64,000 nt of DNA, from positions 14,696,001 through 14,760,000 of the forward strand of contig NC_045698.1 in NCBI RefSeq assembly GCF_009834535.1, in the 5' to 3' direction. The notes beneath the pieces were generated by a model, which saw only the letters and a program-made list of their open reading frames with translations, searched no databases and had not been told where the DNA came from. Numbering within the stretch: the stretch's first letter is position 1; each line of letters starts with the position of its first letter. Origin of the DNA: Camelus ferus (Eukaryota). Positions 13,281-26,971 of the stretch are shown in pieces. Both the position numbers and the translations under genes were made by a program.

Positions 13281-14944
13281 GAAGATTTTACACATTTACA
13301 ATTCAACATAGGCCAAAGAGAGGGGAAAAAAATTCATACACACACACACACATATTTGAGAGAGGGAAAAAGAAAAAGAAAAATACAAGTATCACCTAAG
13401 GATAAAGTATCTTGTTTTACAGAAGAATTCTTGGCCTCCTGAAAGCCTTTATGGGTTAGCCTGGAGCTTGAGAAGAGCAGTAAGGAAGAGATGAATAGCT
13501 CCAGACTACAAAGTGAAAAGAACCCGGCATTCTTTTAAATAAGTTAGAAAGTGAGGAGTGAGGTAGAGAAATTAGAAAGAGACGGGAACAGGCTCAGAGC
13601 GGACATGACCCAGGAGTCCAGAGCAAAACCTCTGCTGGTTTGGTAGCTGAAAACCCTAGAAGCAGGAGTGTCTAGGAGCCCGCGCTCAGCTTGCAGCGTT
13701 CCCATGAAGTGCCATCCCTCCTCATGTCCTCAAGGTTGAATTAAACACCACTGTCCACACAAAGAGACATATGAAAGTGTTTTTATATTTATGTTCTATC
13801 TGTGGACATCTGGGAAGGAGCTAGTTCTCAAAAAGAGAGAAAGATTAGGGCCAGATTTATTCAATTCAGAAGAAAAAAAGATTTGAAGACCAGAGAGATT
13901 TTTCGTAGACTGAGAAAACCTATATTTGGACCTGATGTTTTTCCAGGATTTCATAGAGCTTTCAGTGAAAACTTTAGGTCTCTCATCACTTGAAATTGTA
14001 GAAAGTGGGCTGATTTCAAATAAGTATAACTTTGATAGGGAACAGGAAACCCCAGTTGACAGCTGCTTTATATACAGTCCATCTGTTCTGCCTGTTACAG
14101 CCTTATTGGACCACATTAGCCCTAAATGATCCCTCTCCTCTCTGAACTCAATTCACTTAACATGCATCATGTACTAATTTGGGTTACACTTTTGCTGTCT
14201 TGAACACTCATTTAATTAAGGCTGTGCTGTTTGCATTTGCATGTGCTTATATCATGCCTGAGGAAATATTTATAAACTGCAAAAGGGTAGGGTCTGTTTT
14301 ATAAAACATTTTGACTTTCCTGTCTCATGCCTTGTTCCAGTAGGCACTGAACCAATCCTTGTTGAGTTGATGAATCTGTATATGAAGCTAGAAACACTGT
14401 TTATGGGCAAATCAGATTAATACCCACAAAAAATCCAAATATTTCAATCTCATGTCTCAGAAGCCACTCAGAATTGTGCCTGAGTGAAAAATTTACCTGG
14501 CAGTGTAAAATTAAACAAAAAATGAAATTTTATTAATAAGTAGGACTTTCAGGCAGAAGAAGTATGCAATTCTATTTTGTCTCTATTCTAAGATTATTTG
14601 GTAAACATCAGTTTATCAGTTTGATAACACCTCCCTCCCCAGTGTTAACATAAAGAGTAAGTCAGATCATACATACCATCAGTATGTTGTCACATTCTCT
14701 GGACTCCAAACATGTTTACAGTTGTTATTCAATAACAAGAGTCGTTCTTGCTGATTAAAACATACATATAACAAGTTGTTATTTAATTCATACATCAATT
14801 TTGAAATATCATATGGAATATCATCTATCAATCTTTTTAAACAGTGTAAAAGTGCTAAGTTTCAGAAATTATGTTTATGAGAAGCGGCATCTGAATAAAT
14901 GTCATGTCGTTATTCATTCATACTGTAGTGATTACAAGCATGAA

Positions 14945-15165
14945 CTTTAACAATGAGAGATGTATGCTTAAGTTTTTAATTGGCCCACCTACCAGCTCTA
15001 CAACCTTGGGAATGTTATTTAACCTTTTTATCAACTCATCTTCCATAAATGTGACTAAATACATCATCTGCTTCATAGCATCTTGTGAAGGTGAAATGAG
15101 ATAATATGTGTAAAGCACATGGCTCACGGCGCTTTGTATGTACTCAAAAAAAGCTGCCATTATGA
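14945..15165 (+). mobile_element. MIR
   Basis: accttgggaatgttatttaacc...ctcatc..ccataaat...cttgtgaaggtgaaatgagataatatgtgtaaagcac. Confidence 0.7.
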
Positions 15166-16317
15166 TTTTATTGACTTTGTAATTAATAATGCCACTTGTA
15201 TAATAATTGCAAACAGATAAGATTCCTCATTTCAATATAACAGTAAAATATCACATAGAAATGTGAAGGAAATTGAAACTAATTTTGAATCCAAAATTAA
15301 ATCTGATAATATAAAAATCTAGAAATCACCAAATACTTCCAAGGTCAAGGTTTAAAAGTTTTCTGCAGAGTTTTGTATCTCACCGCTAACATCCCTATGA
15401 AAAGAGGAAAGCATTTAAAAGATTGTTGCATGCTTTCTCCAAAGGTAGTAAAATTAATTAGGGTGATGTGCAGGCTGCTGACTCATTTGATTATATGTTT
15501 CTACCTAAAGTGCAAAATTTCCCTGCTAGGTCTGTTGCCTAAAGGAGTTTTGGTTGATTCATCATCTCTTTCACTCAGAGGGCTGATCATTGTAAATGAC
15601 TTTATTGACCCGTGGCTTGGTTCAGCATCATATGCTTCAGTGAACCAAGCAATAAACAGCTGCTAAGTGCAGGTGAGAAGTCGTCATGGAAAATTCAAGG
15701 ACTGAATCAGCGTTCTCTCTGCCATCAGGCGCCTGTGCTGTCACCGATTTCTAAATTTCTTGTTTGACAGGCCTGGTTTTTAAAGGCACTGGCCCTAGAA
15801 TAATATATCATCCTGTGGACTTTTATGACCTTTAGACAGTCACAGAGGGCACTCTATTTTCAGAATCTGTACTCCAACGTCCTGGATCCATAGCCAGAGT
15901 TAGACTACATTTTTAATGGTTTATTAGGTGCCAGTGGAAATCTCAGGTCAGATATAATTTGATGAAATAACATAATATTTAAGAGTTGAAATAACATTTT
16001 AGAAATCATTTGATGACTTTAAATATTGCAAAAAGAAAGACAGCAAAGAACCATTAAAAGAGGAGTCACAGGTAATTCAGTAGCTGGGAGACACAGAGAA
16101 GAGATAGCTCAGTAGCCTCGACAGATTCCCCCTGTTAGAAACAGCCTGATATTTGGGACAACTCTTCTATTTAGAGCTGATTTAAAAAAAAAAATCTGTC
16201 TCCTCCTTTAGGCTAAGTTTGGGGTAGATTCTGTTTTACTGTTGTCAAAGGTATACAGTGAACATTTGTCGAGTAGGTAAATGAATTGAAAAATAAATTC
16301 TAAAATTGCATTCAGTA

Positions 16318-17120
16318 TCGAGAGAATGAACAACAAGACACAGCTTGGGAGAACATATTTACAAAAGACGTATCTGATAAAGGGTTGTTATCTAAATTAT
16401 ACAAAGAACTATTAAAACCCAACAATTAGAAAACAAATTCTCATTAAAAATGGGCCAAACACTTGAACAGATACCTCACCAAAGAAGATACACAGATGGC
16501 AAATCAGCACATGAAAAGATGATCCACAGCATATGTGACTAAGGAACTGCAAATTAAAATGAGATACCACCACACACCTATCAGGAAGGCCAGAATCCAG
16601 AACACTGCAAACACTGTGTGCTAGAGAGGATCTGGAGGCACACAAACTCTCACTGGCCACTGGTGGCAAAGCAGAATGGTACAGCCACTTTGAAAGACAG
16701 TTTGGACGTTTCTTACAAAACTAAACTACTCTCACCAGACAATCCAGCCAATGAGCTGGAAACTTATGTTCACACGTGAACCTGCACAGGAATATTCGCA
16801 GCAGCTTTATTCATAATTACCAAAACTTGGAAACAACCAAGATGTCCTTCAGTAGGTGAGTGGATAAATAAATTGTGACCTCTCCAGAAATGGAATATCA
16901 TTCAGTGCCAAAAGAAATGAGCTACCAAGTTTGGAAAAGACATGGAGGAATGTTGAATGCATACTGCTAAGTGAAAGAAGCCATTCTGAAAAGATTACCT
17001 ACGATATGATTCCAACTTTATGACATTCTTGAAAAAGTGAAACTATGGAGACAACAATAAGAATGCCGGTTGCTGTGAACTGAGGGGAGGAAGGGATGAA
17101 TAAGTGAAGTAGAAATGGTA
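16318..17120 (+). mobile_element. Old L1 (L1MB/MC-like) ORF2 end and 3'UTR
   Basis: ttgggagaacatatttaca...aaatgggccaaacacttgaacagatacctcaccaaagaagatacacagatggcaaat...aaccaagatgtccttcagtaggtgagtggataaa. Confidence 0.88.
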
Positions 17121-18291
17121 CAAAATAATTCCCTAAATCTAAGTAATTCCAGGTTCACAGCTGAACAAGAATATACATGTAACTCACTGACTCACTCTTA
17201 CTTTGTAATATCTTCATTATTTTTACAGCTATCAAAAGAAGTCCATTGGTTTTCACTGTAGGCCTTCCCAGCTTCAGAGTGTGGGACAGGGAGAGGCCGG
17301 GAGAACCCTGAAACCCCAGGATTAAAAGGTGCGTGGGATCAGCAAAAGGAGCCATGACATTAGTTAGCGCACCCAAGGCCAAGACCTTACTGTGCCAGCA
17401 CTAATCATGGCTATGAGCGGCTTTAGCTCCTCTTGCAACATGGGACCAGAGTCCTCTTGGCTGGAACAAGGACAGCCAGCTTCAGGTCATCCTTATTTCT
17501 ATCTGTTGCCTTTAGATTGCTTTAGAAATTGAAAATAAAGATAACACCCATCTAAAACGATTTTTTGAAAAAGTCCATCACTTTCTCAAAAAGTTTAAAA
17601 CAAAATGACTTCCTGCATTTTCTATTTAAAGATATGAATTCTGTGATATTAATCACGCTAACACCTGCAGCACAAGTCTCAAATCAAATTGTCTATTATG
17701 AACAAAAAGGGATGCAATGATACAATATTCAAAGGTTTTATGGTAAAAACTTAGAAGATGTTAATCATAAAATTTATAGAAGACAGAGCCATAAAAACCA
17801 GAGACCTATAATAGAAAAGAAAATAGGTGACCTACTTTGAACATCCGTAAGTCCAAAGGGTAAAGGAAATTGGTGGGAACTGACTTTTCACTCATAATAG
17901 TTAATATAAGTAATAAACTCTTAAAAGGAGAAATAGAAATTAGTACCAAGAGTTTTAGAATTGCTGAGGGACAAGGAGCTGTGTGTTTGTTGCTATACAC
18001 AAAGGAATACTACATACTATTTTTCAATAATGCCTTAGGGATCTTCCTGGAATCACAGTCAGGGAATATTTAAGGAAAACACTTTAGAGCAGGCTTATGT
18101 ACCTCAGTTATTAAGCCAAATGTAAAACAGAGTTAATAATTAACGTTTTAATAATACGAAATATATAAAGGCATGGTTACCAAAAATTAATTCAAGTCAG
18201 AATACTTTATATAAAAATATTGAAAGGCACACTAGTACCAACTAATATAAATAATATAATTAGGTTTAAGTGGTAGAATAACTAACTTTGC

Positions 18292-18450
18292 TTAGTACTT
18301 CTCAATCTTTAATATGCCTATGAATCACCTGGGGATATTGTTAAAATGCAGATACTAATTCTGTTGACTCTGGTGTATTTCTACCATTTCCAATAAGCTC
18401 TTAGTTAAAGTCAGTTCTACTGGTACATGAATCATATCTTAAATAACAAA
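18292..18450. mobile_element. MER5-like hAT-Charlie MITE
   Basis: tagtacttctcaatcttt...gaatcacctggggatattgttaaaatgcagatact. Confidence 0.65.
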
Positions 18451-19298
18451 AGTTTTTACCATGATACACTAATTACTCTACAAGTTTCTTTCTACAATAA
18501 ATGGAAAACACAACTCCAAAAGTGGCAAGAAAGTCTCACTTCACACTGAGTTGATCATTAGCACAGGACTCTTTAGCATGAGAGCAAAAATGCATGTGAC
18601 TCTGCAACAAAAAATACATTTTTAAAAATTTTTTCAACACCATCCAGTTTAAAAATAGGGGTCAGGGTGGAGTAGGAAAAGCAAAGTGGTATCAACAGAA
18701 AGTGTTTTCTTGTGTTCAGTTTGTGAGAGATCAGTTCACACAATATGAAAGTATCCTCTAACCCCATCCACAGTGTCTGAAAGTTACAAGTTAAAATATT
18801 CTAGATAAACTTTTCCTTTTGAATGAGAATTTTGTGAGTACTGTTTTATTATTTTACATTATATTTTATTTCAGTTTATTTTATTCTTTTTATACTTTTT
18901 ATTATATTATTTTATGCTTTTTGCATGTATATAGCCAGGTCTTAAATGTCTTTTTAATATTCCTCCCTTTAATTACTGACAGTTAGTTCAGCTTTCTAAA
19001 AATTAATAAAATCTAAAAAGGAAACTATGTAAATGGTAGTGAATATTTTTGTAATTAGTGCTCACTGGGTTTGAAAATCTTTTGCTGCTGCAGTTTGGAT
19101 ACCCAGTCACAAGGCTGAATTGAACAGCTGGTTGTGACAGATCTAAAGTGCTCTTAGCATGCATAAAATACAAACCATTATGTTGAGGAAGTTCTATTGC
19201 TTTAGCCAACTCTTATTTATTTATATTAGATCTCGTACAGTAGTGGTCCTAACAGAGCTCCTTAAATTCCTGTTATTAGCCAAAACAAAATGGAACTC

Positions 19299-19766
19299 TG
19301 TAACTGAGCAGGACCTTATGGGGCCTTCCCGGGACAGACCCCTTCCCCATATCCTCTGCTGTAGCTCCTCTCAGAAATACCTAGATAATAGTATCTGATG
19401 CACACTTCCTGAGATGTTTTACAGATGCTAAAACCACCACCACATGGAAGAAATTAACTATTTGATGATCATGAGCCCCCACGTCTATGGGCACCTAAGG
19501 ACTGATAATGTTAACTGTCCTGTTACCTCAACATCAACCAATCAGACAATTGTGCTTGGCTAATCACATACCCTGCGACCCTCTTCTTTGTCTGGCTTTT
19601 TTAAATGCTTTGCTGAAACCCTTTGGGGGAGTAAGGATTTTTTGAGCACAAGCCAACCATTCTCCTTGCTCACCCCTGCAATAAACCTTTCTCTGCTCCA
19701 ATCTCTGGCATTTCAGTTTGTCTGGCCTCACTGTGCATTGGGCACATGAACTTGTGTTCAGTAACA
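19299..19766 (+). mobile_element. ERV1-class solo LTR
   Basis: TG...CA ends with inverted termini tgtaactga/tcagtaaca, AATAAA at 19680-19685, perfect 4-bp TSD actc (19295-19298, 19767-19770). Confidence 0.9.
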
Positions 19767-22344
19767 ACTCCAGCCTAACTCAGGGAAATAAGAAAAGCTT
19801 GTAGAGAGGCCCGTATCCAATATATTTGCCCCATATTCTCCAATTGAAAGGACCCAGGGCACATGTATTCTATTATTATTAGCATTTAAGATAACTGCTT
19901 ATATCGTCTGGGCAAATGGGATCATATTACCCCATGAAGAAAAAATATTTAAAGACTTATCCACCAAGTGTATATTCCTTAGCACAATAAATAATGCACT
20001 TTAATAATGTTTGCCTGTGTATTTCTCCAGGGCCAGTGGCCTCTACATCCTCATGAAGACCCTACACCCCAGCCATGCTGGGCTGTATGCACTTTATCCA
20101 ACTCTCTGCTCATTCCGAATAGCCTCCTTCTCCCCACAGTTGTTTCAGGCATTCTTGTCACCATTTTAGAGACAATTCAAACATCAAGTTCTCTGGGATC
20201 CCTTTTCAGAATGGGCAGAGTAATTGATTTCTTCTTCATTGTCTCTCACATTTTGAAAAGGATCTTGCATTTAAAAAAAAAATTTGTTATTATTACATGC
20301 TATATTATGTCTGACATTTTGGAAGGGAGAAAATCTCCCAAAACTTTTACTTGCCTCTTTCCCACATAATTTAAGGGTGAGAAATGCCACCATTACCTAA
20401 TTATTTTTATATTAAGTATACTTTCAGAAATTGGGGAAACAATAACAGAGTGGGTTAGCAGAACAGCTGAGCCCACTGTGATTCAAATTCAGTTTAAAAT
20501 TTCATATATCTCCTGACCACCATAATCTCTGACTTTGGTAGGTCCCCATGTATTTCGGTCACCAGAAATTACAACACTTCAGAGCCAGAAAGTCACTTTT
20601 TTGGGGACTGATATTTTCTTCTCCTCCATGTATAGTCACCTTAGTAAGTGGCCATAGGATTTTTGAAGAAGGCATGGAGGGAAATTTATAATGCATATTT
20701 GATGCGGTGTGGATGGTCTTTACTCAGGGAAACCCACCATCCCTGTCAATCGAGCTGTTCCAGATATGTGGACAGGCCTTGCTTGGGAAACTGAGTGGGA
20801 GGCTGTGTCTCTCCACTGTGGAAATTTAAGTCATGTTTCTGGCCACAGTCATAAAATGTGTTGTCATTAATGTATGTATTGAGTAAAACTGTAGTAGGAA
20901 CAGCATGATCAACTGGCTAACAGCAAAGATCCCTGCAGGTAAAAACATCCTGGTTAGAAATTTGTTCCTGCTGTTTATTTGTTACGTGCATCATCTCAGC
21001 CTTGGCAGTTACTTCCTTGGCTTCTATCACTCTGGAACCCCTCTATCTGAGACACTGATGTCAGTGAGCTCATCTCAATGGTGACAGATGAAGAATCAAC
21101 GGTGACATCTCCCACCCTCATGTCTGAACTGCTGTGGAGAGTACCACAAAACTTGTCGACTGGTACTTGAAACGCCTGGTATTCTCATGTCCTATTGATT
21201 TTCACTGCCTTTATGAAGTGTATTCTCGAGTCCCCTAGATGAGAGTGATGTGGAAAGTGGAGGGAGACAGCTTGCCCATAATAAATCTGTGCTAACATTC
21301 CTGCCTCTCTAAGCTTTTGTCCTCATTCTTCTGAGCCATGATAAATAAGTTATGACATTTCAAACTCCTTGAATGTAGGTCACTGTTGAGGACGCATTTC
21401 AATCAACCTACCAACTAAACTTTTAGTAGTAGTTTAAGATGTGCAATCAACTCTATTAAATATAGAATCCCCATTAGCTACATCCATATCAATAAACCCA
21501 GCCCAACACACTGTTATATTTTGTCATCCTTTGTCTAATTTTCTTAGAATACAGTATCTGACATATTCTCTTGCTTTTTGCTGGTATTGATTAGCAAAAA
21601 TCTTGCAATTATTTTGAAGTATAAGTTAGTTCCTCCGAGGTCAGATTTTGTACAGATCCTTTGAGAGCATGCTGAGCTCTAGAAAAATTCTGATTCTAAC
21701 TATGGGTCAGTAGATAATAATGGGGGAGAGTGAATCTTGAGGAAAATGCACAATCTTTGCAGGGTAGGCCCATCAGGTGAATTATTATGAGGTCTTCAAG
21801 CAAGAGAAAGCTAGTCTCCTCAGACAGAGAAAGGAACGCTTCTTCTGCTGACAAGAAAGGCTTAGAGAAACTCAGAGTTTCATGTTTCTCATCTTAGCCC
21901 AAACCCACTCAGATGGCCTTAGAAGCTTTCTAATTTTCTTGCAATTGTTTGAACAAATAATTTAAAGCCATGAGTTTTTGTGTGTGGCATGTCTGTTTTT
22001 ACGGTTTATCTGTAAGCTCTCAAGTGCAGTTAAAACAATTATTCCATCTTCTTACAGTCTTGTAATGACTATGATGAGAAAATAATGAAGGATACTTACA
22101 ACTTGGCTTCTGGAGCTTCGCTTCAGAGGTCCCCTCATCACAAGTAAACATGGTTGATTATTTTATTATTGGTAAGTCACAGCACCCTGTAGACATCTAC
22201 TGTCCTACATATCATTAGCAAATACTTCCGTATTATGCTCAAGGCCAAGGTCATGATCAAACCAATTTCCTGGACCAAACACTGGGATTCCACTCCATTT
22301 CTGGTATCAGCTCCTCTGGTATCAACTTTTGGTATCAACTCTTT

Positions 22345-23050
22345 ATTCAGTCAGTATTGAATCACGAGAACAGAAATTATAACAGTCATGTTAACGGAAG
22401 TTTATACACATCTCAGAAGACTTAAACTGCGAGAAAACAGTGAGGTAAGAAAGAGATAGTAAATGCTGGAAACAGCTACCACCCTTAGGGCTGGGGGAAC
22501 AAAGGAGAATTTCTTGGTTCTTTTCCTACGATCTTTCCAATTCAAATAAATGCTTTTAAAGAAGTGACATGAACAAACTTTTAATTTACACTCTCTTTCT
22601 TGAAGTATTTTTCTCATCTTTTTTTTTTTAAACAAAGGACTGAAATATTTTGTTTTCTCAATGCTGGTTACCTCTTAAAGGTAGAAGATCCTAAAAGATG
22701 GAGAAGGGGCCCCTGGTGTGAGGGGAAGGGCTCTGCTGGCCTGGTCCCTGGTGCCCCACTGAGGGGGCACAAAGAAGCCAGTTCTGTGAGATCAGGAAGC
22801 AGCTGGGAAAAGGAAACAAACACTGGTGGAATCAGCTGCTGCCGCTGAGGTGAAGAACAGCCTGAGGTAATGCTGACAAAGCAGCCAACAAAAGGAAAGG
22901 AAGAGGTTTCATTCCATGCTCCTGCCTTCCACTGCCTCAGTAGCTGCAGAATCTGACAGGAAGTAAGCCGGAAAAAGAAAAATGTTTCAACAGCCCTACC
23001 CTCCCCATTAGAGGATGGAGGGCATGTTTGGAGTTAAAGAAAATAATAGT
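22345..23050 (-). mobile_element. Ancient LTR fragments (LTR78-like, uncertain)
   Basis: cagctaccacccttagggctgggggaacaaagg and ctcctgccttccactgcct...gcagaatctgacaggaag motifs; recognised from memory only. Confidence 0.35.
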
Positions 23051-24720
23051 TTCATTACTGACATGATTTTATTCCTTGTCTTCCAGATGGGGAAATTCTA
23101 ATATATTCTTTATTCATCTTTATAGCCACTTGAATAGTTAAGAATAAATTTTCATACCTATTAGCTTCCCAGCAATGTTTCTTGAATGACTGAGTCACTG
23201 ACAGCAAGAAGGCATTTTAAATCCATTTTTTCAAGCACTGTGAATTCAGAAGCATTTAATGTATATCAATCCTGCTGTTGTTTTTATGTCTGTGATTATG
23301 TCAGTCACTCTTCTAAGCTTTTTACCCATATGATTTTACTGAACCCTTGGATCACCTCTATAAGATAAATACCATTATTTTCTGTATTGTAAAGTGGATG
23401 AGACTCAGGCTTACAAATATTAAAATCAAAACCAAACCAACAAAAAATTAAAAAAAAAACCTCTAAGTTTCTAGAGTAAGAGAGGTAATATAACATAGTG
23501 TTTTCAAAAATGTGCTTTAAAGATAAAAAGACGTGAATCTGAAATTCAGCTCTCCATGTCCCTTTTCCCCTCTATCAAATGGATTTCAAAATTGGGCTTC
23601 AGAAATTTGTTCTGAAAAACCTCTAGTGTTCTTTCTCGGTGATAATTTTATTGCTTTGGGTCAAAATGTTCTGTCCTCAGTAGATTAAAGGAACAGTTTA
23701 TCAAGGAGTATTTGGCAATGAATCGGTCAGTTCTCTAGTTCCAAGCCAAGAAGTTAAAGTTGTATTGATTTATGACAGCAGCATTCAGCAACTAGATGGT
23801 AGAAATGATACCCTGAGTACCTTCACCAGCCAACAACTAAACTGTATGAAAAAGAATATTAAAAGCAATACAAATTCTGAAATAAATATCAGAAAAGGGC
23901 ACTTCAGAATATAAGTCAATTTACAAGAATTAAATATGCCAAAACACAGACCCACACACAAAAAAGGAGAGGGTGACAGAGAGACAATGGTATTTAAAAT
24001 ACTTTTTCCTATCTGCTCTTTTGCAGGACCCCTAAACATCTTCAGAGACTGGTGGTTTTATTTATGTTTCAGACAGACCTTTATCTGTGCATTGTTTCAA
24101 GAGACCTTTCAAAATTTAATTAGTGTGTTACAAAATAGTTCAATAGCTTGGTTCTCCTTTCAAAATATTTAAAATCAAATCAATGCCCCAAAAGGTTTGG
24201 GAGGAGAACAAATCTCTACCTGGTACTCTCTGCCTTAAAGTGCTTTCTTTTACCATACAAGACCTTTTCATTAACTGGATTGCCCCTCTTTTAAAAAAAA
24301 GAAGGGGGAGAAAAGGCAGGGATATTGGATGCATGACATTTCAAAAATTATTTACAAAGTTTATACTAACAAGAATAAATGCTTTGATACATTTCCTCAA
24401 CTAATAGGCATTAATAAGTTGTATGAACATGGTACTTTAAGGACTACAAAAAAGAAATACAAACAATTTTTGTTCTCTTTATGAATCATATAGTTTACAT
24501 AGAAGAATATAATAAAAATACAATAAATGTTTAGATAACGATGCAAGATCTTATGTAATTAAAAGTAGAACAATTCTCAGTAAGGATTTGTAGAAAGATT
24601 AGTAATGCTTGAACTAGTAGAGAATATAAGGAAGACCAAACAAGTCAGGAAGTCTGTCACAGACAAAAGTTGAGGGTTGAGAGAAAGTACTTGGGGGAAA
24701 GGGAAAGTATAGCCTAACTT

Positions 24721-24755
<35 letters not shown>

Positions 24756-25060
24756 AGCGTAAATACAAAACAGAAACAGACTCATAGACATAGAATACAA
24801 ACTTGTGGTTGCCAAGGGGGCGGAGGGTGGGAAGGGATAGATGGGATTTCAAAATTGTAGAACAGATAAACAGGATTATACTGTATAGCACAGGGAAATA
24901 TACACAAGATCTTATGGCAGCTCACAGAGAAAAAAATGTGACAATGAATATATATATGTTCATGTATAACTGAAAAATTGTGCTGAACACTGAAATTTGA
25001 CACAACATTGTAAAATGATTATAAATCAATAAAAAATGTTAAAAAAAAAAAAAAAGAAAA
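24721..25060 (+). mobile_element. Young 5'-truncated L1 3'UTR (camelid-type) with (AAC)n at its 5' end
   Basis: aaacagactcatagacatagaatacaaacttgtggttgccaag...tataaatcaataaaaaatgttaaaaa poly(A). TSD gaaagtatagcctaactt (24703-24720) / gaaaacataacctaactt (25061-25078). Confidence 0.9.
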
Positions 25061-25679
25061 GAAAACATAACCTAACTTGAGCTCAAAATAATCACCAATA
25101 ATATCAGAAACTGGTGAAAGCCAGGTTACGAAAAAGGTCAACCTGTCTGAGAGTTTTGTTTTTTTCTCTGATAAGCAATCTATGAAGCCAGACATTTCTA
25201 CCCACAGTAGAAACATGACTAGAAGGTACAATATGGAAAGGCAAAGAAAGAGGAGAATTGACTAAAATAAATCAGATTGGATGCTATTATTGTTGTTAGG
25301 TTTCTGACATGCAGCGAAGTCTTAGTGATGGTAGCTACTGAGCTATATAGGGCTTCAAGTCCCTTAATTTAATCATAAAGCTCAAAAAATAGAAAAGTAT
25401 TGTTATTTGATAATTGACAAATGCAGGATTGAATTATTTGATTGCTCTCATTTATACATTCATTCCATCAGAGCCCTAAATTGTGAATAGGAAATGTGAG
25501 TTACAAATAATGAATTACCTCCTCTTCCACAAACACACACCCTGTCCTAAAAAGGAAAGAAACAATTTGGCAAGGAAACACTGCCAATTGATTCTGGGTG
25601 TGTTTCCCGAAGATCCGTAATGTGCCTTAGATTTATTCTCAACATGGCACAAGCAGCTATTACCAATCAAAAGTATATG

Positions 25680-26590
25680 TCAAAAACAACAATGAGATAT
25701 ACTATATACCTATGAGAAAGACTAAAATTCAAACCACTGACAACACCAAATTCTGGTGAGGATGTGGAGCAACAGGAACTCTCATCCATTGCTGATGGGA
25801 ATGCAAATGGTACAACCATTTTGGAAAACAGTCTGACAGCTTATAAAATGAAACACATTCTTATCATATGAACAAGCAAGCAAACTTATGAGTACTTACT
25901 CAATGAACTGAAGTTATGTCCACATAAAAAACATGCACCTGGATGTTCACAGCAACTTTACTCAGAACTGGCAAAATTTGGAAGCAACCAAGATGTCCCT
26001 CAGTAGATAAATGGATAAACAAAGAGCAGTTAATCTATACAATGGAATGTTACTCAGCAATAAAAAGAAATTAGATCAAGCTTCAAAAAAGACATAGAGG
26101 AACTTAAAATGTACATCGTTAAGTGAAAGAAGACAATGTGAAAGGACTGCATACTGTATGATTCCAACCATGTGACATTCTTACAAAGATAAAATTATGG
26201 AGACAGTGAAAAGGTCAGAGCTTCAGAGGTAGGGAGGGAGTAAGAAATAAATCGGTGGAACATAGGTGAGTTTTAGGGCAGTGAAACTTTTGTTCATATA
26301 ACCCTAATGGCAGATATATGTTCTTATGCACTTATCATAACCTATAGAATGTACAATACAAAGATTGAACTCTAATTAGACTATGGACTTTATTCAATAA
26401 TAATTTATCAATAATGGCTCATTCATCATAACAACTGTATCTTGAAAATGCCAGATGTTAATAACAGGAGAAACTAGCAGGGCTGGGGAAGGAAACTAGT
26501 AAGGTAGGGAGGAGATGGAAGTGAGGGGCTATGGGGGGAGTCTATGCTCTTTCCTCTCATTTTTCAGTAAACCTACAACTAATCAAAAAA
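25680..26590 (+). mobile_element. Old L1 (L1MC-like) 3' region
   Basis: acaatgagatatactatatacc...tggtgaggatgtggagcaacaggaactctcat...ggaagcaaccaagatgtccctcagtagataaatggataaac. Confidence 0.85.
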
Positions 26591-26971
26591 CTTAACTCTA
26601 TTCATTTAACAAAATGGGTATGTTATAAATGTTTGAAACCCCTTTGCCATGTCTGCTCAAAAATACTACTGTTATATATTATGTTTTGCAACTGGATCCT
26701 CTCCCACTTTATTTATTTCTGCCAATCATAGGTGAGAATTGGATTACTTGACATGAGTATTATCTGTACATCCCTTAGACAAATAAAAAAGTTTACTCAT
26801 ATTTTACCTATACCTTACCCATTCTATGATTAATAAAATGTATAATAATACATTATCTTCCATTATTCTCAGTAACCCTGTGCGAAAATCCTCTCATTTA
26901 CAATTTGGAGTGACTGAAATTTGGTAAACAACAAGAATTAAATCAGTTACATGACTGAAAACACAGTTCTA

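Noticed and set aside
24039..24270. Loosely recurring ttca..agaccttt motifs suggestive of a spaced repeat array
   Set aside because: Copies are short, divergent and irregularly spaced. There is no CRISPR-like periodicity, and the DNA is mammalian.
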